Shown here: piece by piece, positions 52,077 through 62,322 of the stretch
How the letters are laid out: every line of letters begins with the position of its first letter
How positions within the stretch are numbered: the first letter of the stretch is position 1
NCBI GenBank assembly: GCA_964291315.2
Contig: OZ219753.1
Span: forward strand, 2,688,001-2,752,000
Length of the DNA stretch: 64,000 nt
DNA from: Candidatus Poribacteria bacterium
Lineage (GTDB): Bacteria > Poribacteria > WGA-4E > WGA-3G
Direction: 5' to 3'
Notes under the pieces: model-generated
The model's input: only the letters and a program-made list of their open reading frames with translations
What the model was told of the DNA's origin: nothing
Database searches by the model: none
Program-made: the position numbers and the translations under genes

Positions 52077-52307
52077 TTACAATATAGACTCCAGATACTT
52101 TCTTGCTTTTTGCATGGCTTCCACTCGATTCGACTCACCTTCGTATACAATTGACAGACATCCGTTATAGCCGACTCCTTGCAAAATGTCTAAGCTAAGG
52201 GGATAATTTAACCACTCCTCTACGCCGCTATGGATTTGATAAAACTTTGTGCGGACGTAAGCTGTTGTATTTCTCACGTTGAGGGACATTGTGCCCAATT
52301 TCATCAT
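52077..52307 (-). pseudogene. internally deleted remnant of a sugar phosphate isomerase/epimerase (TIM barrel)
   Basis: MKLGTMSLN N-terminus joined directly to a C-terminal VRTKFY...GYNGCLSIVYEG segment; only 76 aa. Confidence 0.55.
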
Positions 52308-52362
52308 CCCCGCGTTTTCCTTTTCTCATTCGAATACTGGCAGGCTCAGTGATTATCAATTT

Positions 52363-53226
52363 TCAGCAGTCTTCCTCATCGGTTGTAATTTCGTCTTGTT
52401 CTTGAAGCGAGATTCTCGTCTGCTGGTTCAATCCTATGAGAAATTTTCGTAAGACGTGTTGAAGATCCTGGAGTTGATGCCGATCTGTTTCGAGGTACTG
52501 GATTCGGTCCCCCCAGGTTTCTAAATGAGTGATTCGCTCTAGAATATCTTCGAGCAGGTTATGTATTTGGCGAAACTGCTGCTGTTCGTCTTGCAGCTGC
52601 TGGACCTTGTTTATTACTACGCCGAGGTGTTTCTGAGTCTGATTCAATTCTTTCTGGAGGTTTTGTGTAAAAGAGATTAGGTTTTCGATCGTGTTTGTAG
52701 TTCTATAAATTGGTTTATTTGGAGTTGGGTTCCCTCTTTGCCCTGTTAGCTGCTGGGGTCTGTTTCCGGAAAGTGGTCTTGTAGTTTGAGCATCTGTGCC
52801 GTTAGGAATCTCGGCATTTGGTTTTCCAGAGATCCCTAACAACTTAATTTGATAGGAAAAGCGCGTATACGGTTCTCTGCGCTCCATATATGTGATTTGT
52901 ACTCGAAGTTCTTGGTTGACCGGTAGTGCGTTCAGCCGGCTATGGATATTCCGGATAACGACTTCATTGTAATTGAAGGCCTCGTTTTTTTTCGGGTTCA
53001 AACGTCGAAGATAATGATAGAGCTCCAAACCGTCGGTGCTTTCTCGTTCTAGCCCTTCTGTCGTTAAAACAGCGACCACCTCTGGATTATCAGCATCAGA
53101 AGTGGTATGACTATCAGGAACAACAATATCCAGTGGTACCTCTCCTCGAATCGCCTTCATCCCGATAATCCAATTGGTTGCTGATGTCCGCCTGCTGTAC
53201 GCGATGAAATCGTAATGAACGGCCAT
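52363..53226 (-). CDS. hypothetical protein with C-terminal coiled coil
   Basis: 287-aa ORF; Q/L heptad-rich C-half. Confidence 0.7.
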   Translation of the reverse strand: MAVHYDFIAYSRRTSATNWIIGMKAIRGEVPLDIVVPDSHTTSDADNPEVVAVLTTEGLERESTDGLELYHYLRRLNPKKNEAFNYNEVVIRNIHSRLNALPVNQELRVQITYMERREPYTRFSYQIKLLGISGKPNAEIPNGTDAQTTRPLSGNRPQQLTGQRGNPTPNKPIYRTTNTIENLISFTQNLQKELNQTQKHLGVVINKVQQLQDEQQQFRQIHNLLEDILERITHLETWGDRIQYLETDRHQLQDLQHVLRKFLIGLNQQTRISLQEQDEITTDEEDC

Positions 53227-53359
53227 AATTTTCTCTTTAGTATAAATGTACTTTATAGAAACAGAAAAATTTCACGATAGCGACATTTCTTAGTAACGTT
53301 TCCTTAGTGTGGATCGGGGCCTTTCTGAATAAATAGGGAAATAGGTCCATTCTATCCTG

Positions 53360-54193
53360 CTATACCTTTAACCTCAACATAACCTGTGCCAGTTCGGGAA
53401 TCCCGGAAGTACCGATGCCTTCAACAGCAAATGAGGCTACGCAATGTGCAAAGTTTAATGCCCTCTCTATGGATCGATTTTGGTAATAGTCAATCAAAAA
53501 AGAGGTTGCAAAGACATCGCCTGCGCCTGTAGGGTCAATTTCTGTTGCGGGATACGCTTTGGATTCCAAGCGTGTGCCATTCTGAAAAAGCGTTGCGCCT
53601 CTTGCGCCTTGCGTGAGCACAGTGATTGGAACCAATCGGATATACTTTTCTAACTCATCCGGGTAGGCGCGTACATCCTCATCACTGAGGATTAAGACAT
53701 CAATGCATGGTAAAATATCTTCGGCGGTTGCCCAACGTTTTGCCTCAACTTTCCCGCTTTTGTCCCACTGCCGGAGCCAGCCTTGTGGGGTGGCGCCTAT
53801 TAGAGTGTGTTTGCCGAAACGGTGAACGAGGTCTGCGGAAACCTCATCTGCGATGGGGCACAAGTAAACGATATTACTCGTACACCACTCGCTTGGAACA
53901 TCAGCTTGCTTTAGTTCTCTTGCTGCCCCTAGGACGAACTGTTGTCTGCGTCCGTTTTCATCGTATAAATTATCAAAAATTGTTGTTTCAGGGGAATCGC
54001 GATAAACGGTCTGTATACCATCCAATAGAGGGTTTAGCTGGTCAAAATTCGCGCTAACTGCTGTGACTGCTCGGGCGTGATGCCCTAGGTTTCGTGCGGT
54101 TAGTGTTGAATAGGAAGCAGATCCACCCAGAATATAACCGTTTGGGGAAACATCATAACAAAAATGTCCGACTGATAAAAACGTTACCGCCAT
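53360..54193 (-). CDS. PfkB family carbohydrate kinase
   Basis: LGGSASY, IDPTGAGDVFA. Confidence 0.92.
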   Translation of the reverse strand: MAVTFLSVGHFCYDVSPNGYILGGSASYSTLTARNLGHHARAVTAVSANFDQLNPLLDGIQTVYRDSPETTIFDNLYDENGRRQQFVLGAARELKQADVPSEWCTSNIVYLCPIADEVSADLVHRFGKHTLIGATPQGWLRQWDKSGKVEAKRWATAEDILPCIDVLILSDEDVRAYPDELEKYIRLVPITVLTQGARGATLFQNGTRLESKAYPATEIDPTGAGDVFATSFLIDYYQNRSIERALNFAHCVASFAVEGIGTSGIPELAQVMLRLKV

Positions 54194-54216
54194 CGAAGAA
54201 GTATGTCCTTTTCAGG

Positions 54217-54549
54217 TTATAATTGAAAAACAAGCTCCATTCGTGCCCACCACTCGTCTGGTTCTGCTTCTGCCACGGGTTCTTGGAAAGTCCGCATCAA
54301 CTTGTCCCAGGTTTTGCATTTTGGGTTTTCCTTGAGATAGCGCGGAAAATCTCGATCTATATGAAAATTATCGACTGTTTCCATCGTCATAAACAGACGG
54401 CATCCTAATAGGTAGATGTTCATCTTGGTTATACCGACTGCTTTCAAGGCATCGACGACCTCCGGCCAGGCATCGTGGTGATATGCTTTATATGCCTCAA
54501 TGAGAGCTGGATCGTTTTTTAGATTTAAGGTTAAACCGTAGTGCTTCAT
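54217..54549 (-). CDS. L-rhamnose/L-fucose mutarotase family protein
   Basis: LKNDP.LIEAYKAYH..WPEV, W..MELVFQL. Confidence 0.88.
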   Translation of the reverse strand: MKHYGLTLNLKNDPALIEAYKAYHHDAWPEVVDALKAVGITKMNIYLLGCRLFMTMETVDNFHIDRDFPRYLKENPKCKTWDKLMRTFQEPVAEAEPDEWWARMELVFQL

Positions 54550-55143
54550 TTTAGGTCTCTAACGTCTTTCGGATTATTTCCACGTGATCAAACGCGAATG
54601 AGGGAACCTTGAAAACACAAATGTTTATATTTTACTCAACGGTGGATGCTGTTGGCCTGTGAAACTTGCAATATCGGCGCGGGAGCAGCAAGGCTAGTGT
54701 AGTGGTAATAAAACATTTTATTTTCAAAATCCCGTTTCGGTTGATATATGCCACAAGGTCCTTATAAAGCAACTCGGATCGATTGCGTCTATAAGTAAAA
54801 GGGCAATCGACATATTCTGTCATTTTAATTCTGCATAGATACTACTTTATAGCATACTACATTTTAACATTTCTGTCAACTTTTTTCTAAATAATTCGTT
54901 ATTTTGTTGTATCAGCATACCCGATTGTTAAAGCGGGTGGATTTTTGCAGTTCTCCTGCGCGCAACCAAAATACATGTCACATTCGCCTGCGACTTTCCG
55001 GGGTGATCCTTGTGTTACGTGCAATCTCGGCATGTGTCTTAGTGCAATTTGGCTTTCGACAAGAACCGTTACAAATGAGCGTTGGTTGGATGTTCGTTTG
55101 TAGCCTGTGCCGCCTCTACATTCTAAACCCGGAAGATTGGGGC

Positions 55144-55172
55144 TTGACACCCGGACGTGACAGTGCTATAAT
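55144..55172 (+). promoter_or_regulatory. consensus sigma70 promoter
   Basis: TTGACA-17 bp-TATAAT upstream of the vWA gene. Confidence 0.75.
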
Positions 55173-55237
55173 AAGGTTTATCATTATGGGCTTTTCACAA
55201 AATTCAAGCCTTACAGCGATGAACGCACGGAACTGAC

Positions 55238-56323
55238 ATGAGAGTCCGCATCAGGAAAAATATCCCAAAAGCCCTTATTGTTTCTATTGGGCTTCATATT
55301 CTGCTGTTTTTGATGCTGAGAGCCTTGCACCGGCAAGCCCCGGACCGGCATTTTGAAACAGGCGTGGCATTCGATATCGCAGAAATTCGCTTGAGGACTC
55401 CTCGCCTGCCGATGAAAAAACCTCCTCATATGCCTCTAAAGTCGCTGGTGCTTCCTGAAGCCATGCCAAAGCGGACACAGGTTCTGAAGATCAAGGCTCC
55501 ATCGATCCAACGGCAGCTAACATCCGTAGTCCATCAAGAGGTACGCCTCGACTTGCAAACGCCAGAAATTTCTGCATCGACACACTTTGAGGGACGTATG
55601 CCCGGTAAAGGTCTGCAAGCCACACCTGTATCTGGTAATAGCGGTGGCATCGGGATTGGATCGGGCTCGGCTATTTTCGGTAGTCATGGTAAGTCGGGTA
55701 GCGAGAGGAGCAGATTTACGGTTGAGACCGGGGTGCAACCCGCTTCGGATGTTGAAGGTTTAACACTTCCTGATCTTGCGCTAAATAGGATTGCCAAACA
55801 CATTGTTGCGAATAGAGAGACGAATCTCATCGACATCGTCTTTATTATTGATGGTAGTGGCAGCATGAAAAATGACGTTGACGCAGTCCGCGAGCATCTT
55901 AACAGTATGACTGATCAGTTTGGCAACGCAGGCATTGATTTCACGATCGGCATCGTTGCCTTTCGAGATGGGACTGGATATAGTCTTCTCGGGTTCGACT
56001 TTGAAGTGGTTCCGCAGACTCGCTCAACTGCTCATATTAAGAAAGTCTTGGCACAACTTAAATTCCGGGGCGATGAAAACGGTTTGGATGCCCTTATCCG
56101 TGCAGCTGATGAAGTAACGTTTAGGAACGGGGCTGAAGTTCATTTCATTTTCGTCACAGACGAGTATGTGAGCGGTGCCTATTCTTCAATAGATGTAATG
56201 GTGAAGATGAAAACTGCAAGGATCAAAGTAGACGTTATTGGGCGGGATGAACCTTTCCAGAAGTTTATTGCGAAAACCACCGGGGGCCTATGGTTGCCCA
56301 TTTCAAGTCTCTCAATCCAATAA
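55238..56323 (+). CDS. membrane-anchored vWA domain protein
   Basis: N-terminal SIGLHILL TM; DIVFIIDGSGSM MIDAS motif; FVTDE. Confidence 0.88.
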   Translation: MRVRIRKNIPKALIVSIGLHILLFLMLRALHRQAPDRHFETGVAFDIAEIRLRTPRLPMKKPPHMPLKSLVLPEAMPKRTQVLKIKAPSIQRQLTSVVHQEVRLDLQTPEISASTHFEGRMPGKGLQATPVSGNSGGIGIGSGSAIFGSHGKSGSERSRFTVETGVQPASDVEGLTLPDLALNRIAKHIVANRETNLIDIVFIIDGSGSMKNDVDAVREHLNSMTDQFGNAGIDFTIGIVAFRDGTGYSLLGFDFEVVPQTRSTAHIKKVLAQLKFRGDENGLDALIRAADEVTFRNGAEVHFIFVTDEYVSGAYSSIDVMVKMKTARIKVDVIGRDEPFQKFIAKTTGGLWLPISSLSIQ

Positions 56324-56361
56324 GATCATAGGGATGCTGCAACTTAAAAGGTTGTGGAACA

Positions 56362-57900
56362 ATGCGTAAGAAGGAAACGCGCTACGCTGTTAGTTTAGGG
56401 TTACTTTTTCTTGCTGTGGGCAGTTACACTGCTGTCCATCATGAGATGTGGCGCGATGAAATTCAGGCATGGCTCCTTGCGCGCGATAGCAGCTCGGTCT
56501 TTGAACTCTTTACACACCTCAAGTATGAAGGGCATCCGGGCTTGTGGCATCTTACGCTTATGCCGCTTACCCGCATCACACCTGCTCCTGTCATTATGCA
56601 GGTTTTTCATCTCTTAATCGCAGTGCTTACTGTCTACCTTTTTGTTCGGTATGCGCCTTTCAATCGTTTCCAAAAATTCCTTTTCTGCTTTGGCTATTTT
56701 GTGGTTTATGAATATGCCATTCTTGCGCGAAATTATGCATTAGGGTTTCTCCTAATAACGATCTTATGTATACTTTTCAGCAAACGTTACAGACACTTCA
56801 TTTGGATCGGTTGCGTGCTGTTTCTACTTGCGCATACGAGTGTTCATGCGTTAATTCTTACTCTATCGATAGGGTTGGCACTTTGCTTCGAATATTTCTG
56901 GCGTAACCGTTTTTTTAAATCGGTCACTGAAGAGATTCAGGCGATAAAAGATAAGAGGCCTATCTGGATCGGTTTTGCGCTTATAGGTATTGGTATCATT
57001 ACATCAGTCTTGCAACTGAATCCCCCTTCAGATACCGGTTTTGCTGTTGAATGGAAGTTCACCTATGACTTGGGCGAAGTCGGCAAGGTTATCAAACTTG
57101 TTTCTCGTGCGCTGCTTCCGATTCCAGCGTTCTCGCTTAATTTTTGGAATAAGCATCAATTAGAAACGTACACCTTTTTCCAATCCATCCAAGTTCCATT
57201 CTGTTGTTTTCTTATAGTTTGTAGTATCCTTTTTCTTTTTAGGCGTCCCACTGCTCTTTTTATATATCTGTTGGCGACCTTGGGCCTTCTAGTATTTTTC
57301 TATATAAAATATTACGGTAGCATGCGTCATCATGGATTCCTATTCATCACATTTCTCATGACGTGTTGGATTCAGAAAGATTGCCCCGGGATAACTTTCC
57401 ACTTCAAAAACCTAAATGTGTTCCTCACACGTCTGTTTTCGGGGTTTGTCACCTTTATTTTTTTCTGCCAGTTTATTGGAGGGGTAACGGCAATCATACT
57501 GGAGGAACGTTATGTGTTTTCATACGGGAAACAGGTAGCTGAATATATCAGGGCAAAAGGTATTGAAGACCTGACGATGGTAGGGGAGCGTGATTTTGCT
57601 GCGAGCACGATTGTCGGGTATCTCGAAAAAGATGAGATTTACTATGTACAGGGTAGTCGGTTCGGTTCCTTCGTCAAATGGGACAGTGCTCGCATGCCGA
57701 ATGTTAGGGTACCAAACGACCAGGTGCTTGAGGAGGCGAATACCCTAAGGACACGAACATCTCAGGATATTCTAATTATTATGAACCGCTCTTTGGCCCC
57801 GAACCTGATTACGCAACATAATCTTACTGTTTTAGGGGAGTTCACAGGTTCGATCGTTAATGATGAAGGTTTCTATCTGTATCTAATGCCTGGGATTTGA
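56362..57900 (+). CDS. polytopic membrane protein (GT-C glycosyltransferase-like)
   Basis: HEMWRDEIQAW, YEGHPGLW, many TM helices. Confidence 0.75.
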   Translation: MRKKETRYAVSLGLLFLAVGSYTAVHHEMWRDEIQAWLLARDSSSVFELFTHLKYEGHPGLWHLTLMPLTRITPAPVIMQVFHLLIAVLTVYLFVRYAPFNRFQKFLFCFGYFVVYEYAILARNYALGFLLITILCILFSKRYRHFIWIGCVLFLLAHTSVHALILTLSIGLALCFEYFWRNRFFKSVTEEIQAIKDKRPIWIGFALIGIGIITSVLQLNPPSDTGFAVEWKFTYDLGEVGKVIKLVSRALLPIPAFSLNFWNKHQLETYTFFQSIQVPFCCFLIVCSILFLFRRPTALFIYLLATLGLLVFFYIKYYGSMRHHGFLFITFLMTCWIQKDCPGITFHFKNLNVFLTRLFSGFVTFIFFCQFIGGVTAIILEERYVFSYGKQVAEYIRAKGIEDLTMVGERDFAASTIVGYLEKDEIYYVQGSRFGSFVKWDSARMPNVRVPNDQVLEEANTLRTRTSQDILIIMNRSLAPNLITQHNLTVLGEFTGSIVNDEGFYLYLMPGI

Positions 57901-58055
57901 TACGAATTTCTTGCTGTAGAAGTGCATTTCCGAAAGCAATTTTGCTTATGTAGCACGCGAGGAAACTTTTGTTTGACAGAATCTGCAACAAATGATACTA
58001 TATTAAAAATTATTGTTGCCAAAGATGCGTTAACAAATGGAGAATGTTCTAATAC

Positions 58056-58658
58056 ATGCCAAAACGTAGAAGGAAGTCCAAAAATACATCTACCTCGGAT
58101 GTGGGCGGAGAAGATAGTGTGGTGTTGCGTGAGACAGCTCCGCTGCAATTGTGCTATTACGGTGATCCTGCTCTCCGCAAAAAAGCGGAGCCGGTGGCAG
58201 AGATCACGGATGCGGAACGTCAACTTGCTGAAGACATGTTGATGACGCTGGAGGCTACAGGCAACGGTATCGGACTCGCAGCGACGCAGGTTGGTGTTTT
58301 GAAGAGACTCATCATTGTCGATATTGGGGAGGAAGACGACGAGGACTATGAGCCTTTAGTGCTGTTTAACCCGGAAATTCTAAGTTCCGAGGGAGAAGTT
58401 GTTACTGAGGAAGGGTGTCTAAGCATACCTGATGTGACAGCGGATGTCAAACGGCCAGAGCGAATTGTTGTTGAAGGGGTTGATCCGCAAAGTAAGAGTG
58501 TTCATATTGAATCCGACGGTTTATTAGCGCGTGTCCTCCAACATGAGATCGATCATCTCAACGGTGTGCTCTTTATTGATCGGATTAGTGGATTAAAACG
58601 ACGGTTGCTCAGCGATGAACTGTTGAGAATCCAGCAAGCTGAACGGCCTTATCCGTAA
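58056..58658 (+). CDS. def: peptide deformylase
   Basis: GIGLAATQVG, EGCLS, QHEIDHL. Confidence 0.97.
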   Translation: MPKRRRKSKNTSTSDVGGEDSVVLRETAPLQLCYYGDPALRKKAEPVAEITDAERQLAEDMLMTLEATGNGIGLAATQVGVLKRLIIVDIGEEDDEDYEPLVLFNPEILSSEGEVVTEEGCLSIPDVTADVKRPERIVVEGVDPQSKSVHIESDGLLARVLQHEIDHLNGVLFIDRISGLKRRLLSDELLRIQQAERPYP

Positions 58659-58762
58659 TTTGGTTTGCTGTTTTAGTGGTAGGGCGCTGAATTGCGTCTG
58701 CTGTCACATAAAAGGAGGCTACTTCGGCGCAACTTGTAGGCCGCAGCTTGCTATTGAGAAAT

Positions 58763-59629
58763 ATGCCAAAAGTGAAACTTGATCCTATTCTACAAACGAA
58801 ACTTGAAGAACTCTATACGCGTCTGCGCGCTTACAAGCGAGTTATTGTTGCCTTTTCCGGGGGTGTTGATAGCACATTTCTTGCGGAGGCGGCCCAACAT
58901 GTATTGGAGGATGATGCTCTTGCTGTTACTGCTATCTCGGATTCCTATCCGGTTCGGGAAATGAGAGCGGCTCAGGAGATTGCCAAGCAGATTGGGATCC
59001 GCTTTGAAACGGTTAATACGCGCGAATTAGATCTTGAAGGTTACGCAAGCAATCCAACGAATCGGTGTTTTTTCTGTAAAACAGAATTGTTTGATAAACT
59101 CCGTCCGATTGCTGAAAAGTATGATGTTGGCACGATCGTCTATGGGGCTATTCCGGACGATGTGGGTGACCATCGTCCGGGAATGGATGCGGCGAAAAAG
59201 ATGGGTATCCGAGCCCCTTTGATTGATGCAAACTTGACGAAGGCGGAGATACGTGAGATTTCAAAAGTGTGGGACCTTCCTACGTGGGATAAACCGGCGT
59301 TTGCTTGTCTTTCCTCACGGTTCCCGTACGGCATGCGGATTACCCGTGAATTGCTAAGGCAGGTGGATGCTGCTGAGCAATTTCTTTACGATTTGGGTAT
59401 CCGTCAGTTCCGCGTTCGCCACCACGGCGAGCTTGCTCGAATTGAACTTGAAGCGGAAGAGATCTCGCGCCTGCTCTCAAAAACGGTGCGTCGTGACATT
59501 AGTTTGCATTTTAAAATGCTTGGATACGTCTATGTTACGCTCGACTTGCAGGGGTATCGTTCTGGTAGTCTTAACGAGGGATTAAGATTTCTTGAAATAA
59601 AAAATAGCGGTCAACAGCTGCCGGATTGA
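58763..59629 (+). CDS. larE: ATP-dependent sacrificial sulfur transferase LarE family
   Basis: AFSGGVDS, CFFCK, HRPG, ACLSSRFPYG, RVRHHG, GYRSGSLN. Confidence 0.9.
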   Translation: MPKVKLDPILQTKLEELYTRLRAYKRVIVAFSGGVDSTFLAEAAQHVLEDDALAVTAISDSYPVREMRAAQEIAKQIGIRFETVNTRELDLEGYASNPTNRCFFCKTELFDKLRPIAEKYDVGTIVYGAIPDDVGDHRPGMDAAKKMGIRAPLIDANLTKAEIREISKVWDLPTWDKPAFACLSSRFPYGMRITRELLRQVDAAEQFLYDLGIRQFRVRHHGELARIELEAEEISRLLSKTVRRDISLHFKMLGYVYVTLDLQGYRSGSLNEGLRFLEIKNSGQQLPD

Positions 59630-59835
59630 TTGTATTAAAATGTATTGACCTCAAAGATGTTATCGTAATCATTACGGCATAGCCGGTTCATATAATGAGT
59701 TTTGCTGGTAACATTTTGCTTTTAGAGCTTGTTCTGAAATGGAAGAGGCGACTAAAATAGAGCTGATTGCAACTGAGTCTGTTAGTGAAAAGCGAGATTT
59801 AAGATAATAGGAATAACTACATATAAACATTTGAT

Positions 59836-61170
59836 ATGCCTAACCAGCAAAGACAACAACTTTTCGGTGTAGACACTTTCAGTTGGGAAAAGTGGGATGC
59901 TTGTACGCACTGTGGGCTCTGCCTGCCGACTTGTCCTACCTATCGGGAATTAGGTTTAGAAACAGATTCTCCAAGGGGCAGGCTCTACCTGATGGGAAGC
60001 GCTTTTAAGACTGAAGGTGCCACGCCGCTCAATGAAGAATGGTCAGAATACATTTATCGGTGTTTAGACTGCCGTGCATGTGAAACTGCCTGCCCTTCTG
60101 GTGTTCATTTTGGGGTGCTTCTTGAAGAGGCGCGTGCTATATACGAGCAGAACGCTCCGCGTTCAGCAGCTTACCGCTTCTGGTCGAACCTTGTTTTCAA
60201 GCAAATTCTGCCAAATAAAGAACGGTTAGATATGATTTTTGAGTTGATGTGGGTGTATCAACGTCTCGGTATCCGATGGTTTTTGCAAAAGATAGGTATT
60301 TTGAAGCTAATGGGCCGCCTTGGACAAATGGAATCGCTGCTTCCGTCGATTCCTTCGCCTCAATTGAAATACACAATACGTGATATTACCGCTGCTGAAG
60401 GTGAAACGCGCTATCGTGTTGGCTTCATACCGGGGTGCATCATGAACCAGGTCTTCACAGAAACAAATGTCGCGACTATTCGCGTTTTAACAAAAAATGG
60501 ATGTGAGGTCGTTACCCCTCGGCAGCAGACGTGTTGTGGTGCGTTGCATCTGCACAACGGCGTGAGAGATGTCGCTACAGTGCTTGCTAAGCAGAATATT
60601 GATGCTTTTGAAAGTGAGAGTTTGGATGCTATTATCATCAATTCTGCAGGTTGTGGTGCTACACTTAAGGAATACGAAGTCCTCTTAGAAAATGATGCGG
60701 TTTACGCTGAGAAAGCGAAACGTTTCAGCCGTCAGATGCGCGATATCAGCGAATTCTTAGCGGAAATTGAGATGGTGCCGCCGATAGGGAAAATTGAGAA
60801 ACGGGTCACTTATGATGAACCGTGTCATCTTCTTCACGGTCAGGGCGTTCGAACACAACCGCGCAAGGTTCTCCAATCGATCCCTGGCCTTGAGTTGATT
60901 GCGTTGACGGAGGCGGAGTGGTGCTGTGGGAGTGCGGGAATTTATAATATTACACACCCTGAACTTTCACAAGAGATTCTGGCACATAAAATGGCTCACA
61001 TTGCGGAGACCGGTGCAGACATCGTAGCGACTGGAAATCCGGGGTGTTTACTTCAGATTCAGCTAGGTATCCAAAAATATAAATTGCCGATGCAGGCGAT
61101 GCATCCTGTTAATCTCTTAGACTATGCTTATCAAGGTATCGCCCCGGAGGACTTTTTGTCTAAACAGTAG
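59836..61170 (+). CDS. glcF: glycolate oxidase Fe-S subunit-like (Fe-S oxidoreductase)
   Basis: CTHCGLCLPTCPTY, SPRGR, CLDCRACETACPSGV, two CCG domains. Confidence 0.82.
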   Translation: MPNQQRQQLFGVDTFSWEKWDACTHCGLCLPTCPTYRELGLETDSPRGRLYLMGSAFKTEGATPLNEEWSEYIYRCLDCRACETACPSGVHFGVLLEEARAIYEQNAPRSAAYRFWSNLVFKQILPNKERLDMIFELMWVYQRLGIRWFLQKIGILKLMGRLGQMESLLPSIPSPQLKYTIRDITAAEGETRYRVGFIPGCIMNQVFTETNVATIRVLTKNGCEVVTPRQQTCCGALHLHNGVRDVATVLAKQNIDAFESESLDAIIINSAGCGATLKEYEVLLENDAVYAEKAKRFSRQMRDISEFLAEIEMVPPIGKIEKRVTYDEPCHLLHGQGVRTQPRKVLQSIPGLELIALTEAEWCCGSAGIYNITHPELSQEILAHKMAHIAETGADIVATGNPGCLLQIQLGIQKYKLPMQAMHPVNLLDYAYQGIAPEDFLSKQ

Positions 61171-61290
61171 TCTGTTAGGGTTATTGTGAAACGACACAAG
61201 TTAAAATAGCGTCTTATAGTATAGAATACAAATCTAATCCCGACACGCGATGGGGATCGATCATTTTATTGTGAGACAGAAGTTAAAATA

Positions 61291-61869
61291 ATGTTTCTAT
61301 CAGATGAAGATATTATTAAGTATATGGATGCGGGGAAAATTGAGATCACTCCGGCACCTGATTGGGAAACACAACTCGGTAGCTGCTCGATCGATTTTAG
61401 GTTGAGCAATACATTTCGTGTGTTTGAGCACAGCAAACATCCTTACATTGATCTACGTAGCGAAATTGACACGAGTGACTTGATGCGAAGAGTTGATGTT
61501 CCGGATGGAGATGCCTTCACGATACAACCCGGTGAGCTTGTGCTTGCAGCAACACAAGAGAGACTTACATTAGCAAACGATGTGATGGCACGGCTTGAAG
61601 GCAGGAGTAGTTTAGCGCGCCTCGGTATTATCGTTCACAGTACTGCGGGCCTTTTCGATCCGGGGTGGGTAGGTACTCCGACGCTGGAGTTAGGCAATCT
61701 GGGGCGTATGCCGGTTAAATTATATCCAGGTATGCGGATCTGCGCTTTTACTTTCGCGCAGCTTTCTTCGCCGGCGCGTGTTCCCTACCCGCTGAAACCA
61801 ACGAACAAATATGCAGGTCAAGAGGGTGCAGAGACGAGTCGCTTCAATAAAGATGCTGAGTTCATTTAG
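61291..61869 (+). CDS. dcd: dCTP deaminase
   Basis: SIDFRL, EGRSSLARLG, AGLFDPGW, TLELGN. Confidence 0.95.
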   Translation: MFLSDEDIIKYMDAGKIEITPAPDWETQLGSCSIDFRLSNTFRVFEHSKHPYIDLRSEIDTSDLMRRVDVPDGDAFTIQPGELVLAATQERLTLANDVMARLEGRSSLARLGIIVHSTAGLFDPGWVGTPTLELGNLGRMPVKLYPGMRICAFTFAQLSSPARVPYPLKPTNKYAGQEGAETSRFNKDAEFI

Positions 61870-61922
61870 CCCCGGAGTTGGTTAAGCGATGTGCGGTGCT
61901 CGATAGCGTCTGTCCGCAACTG

Positions 61923-61962
61923 TGCGCGGAAAATAGGCAACATTATGCCCAATAATTTAGCA
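61923..61962 (+). promoter_or_regulatory. two tandem NtrC-type enhancer sites
   Basis: TGC-N11-GCA at 61923-61939 and 61946-61962, ~140-175 bp upstream of a sigma54 motif. Confidence 0.6.
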
Positions 61963-62097
61963 AAATTTCATGTTTTTTATATAGCGTGTGGGTATGATAT
62001 TGGGACAGCGGTTGGTTTCGCGCGGCGAAACCGCTGTAATTCACGAATTTTAAATGAAAATTGACTGTTTTTCCTGATTAACCAGAGCAATGCCGAT

Positions 62098-62113
62098 TGG
62101 CATAAATTTTGCT
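62098..62113 (+). promoter_or_regulatory. sigma54 (-24/-12) promoter of glnA
   Basis: TGGCATAAATTTTGCT (GG-N10-GC). Confidence 0.7.
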
Positions 62114-62322
62114 CATCTATCCGATTAAGATACTCGTCAAGTGGTATAATTTGCGCGTTCATATTGACGGAATCTAAGGACATTTCGGAATTATTGAAAC
62201 CTCTTAAGGGGGCCGGGGCGCGTTGTTTCGGTTTTCTTCTGGCGTTTCTTACGGTTTTAGCCTTGGTCTTTGGGACCGGGGTAATTTTGATAGCAAGTAC
62301 ACCGAATAGGAGGGTATATTAG

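Noticed and set aside
54550-55140. Long intergenic region with short ORFs (54632-54823, 54899-55150, 54904-55236)
   Set aside because: No motif, RBS support or recognisable ncRNA; treated as a divergent promoter region.
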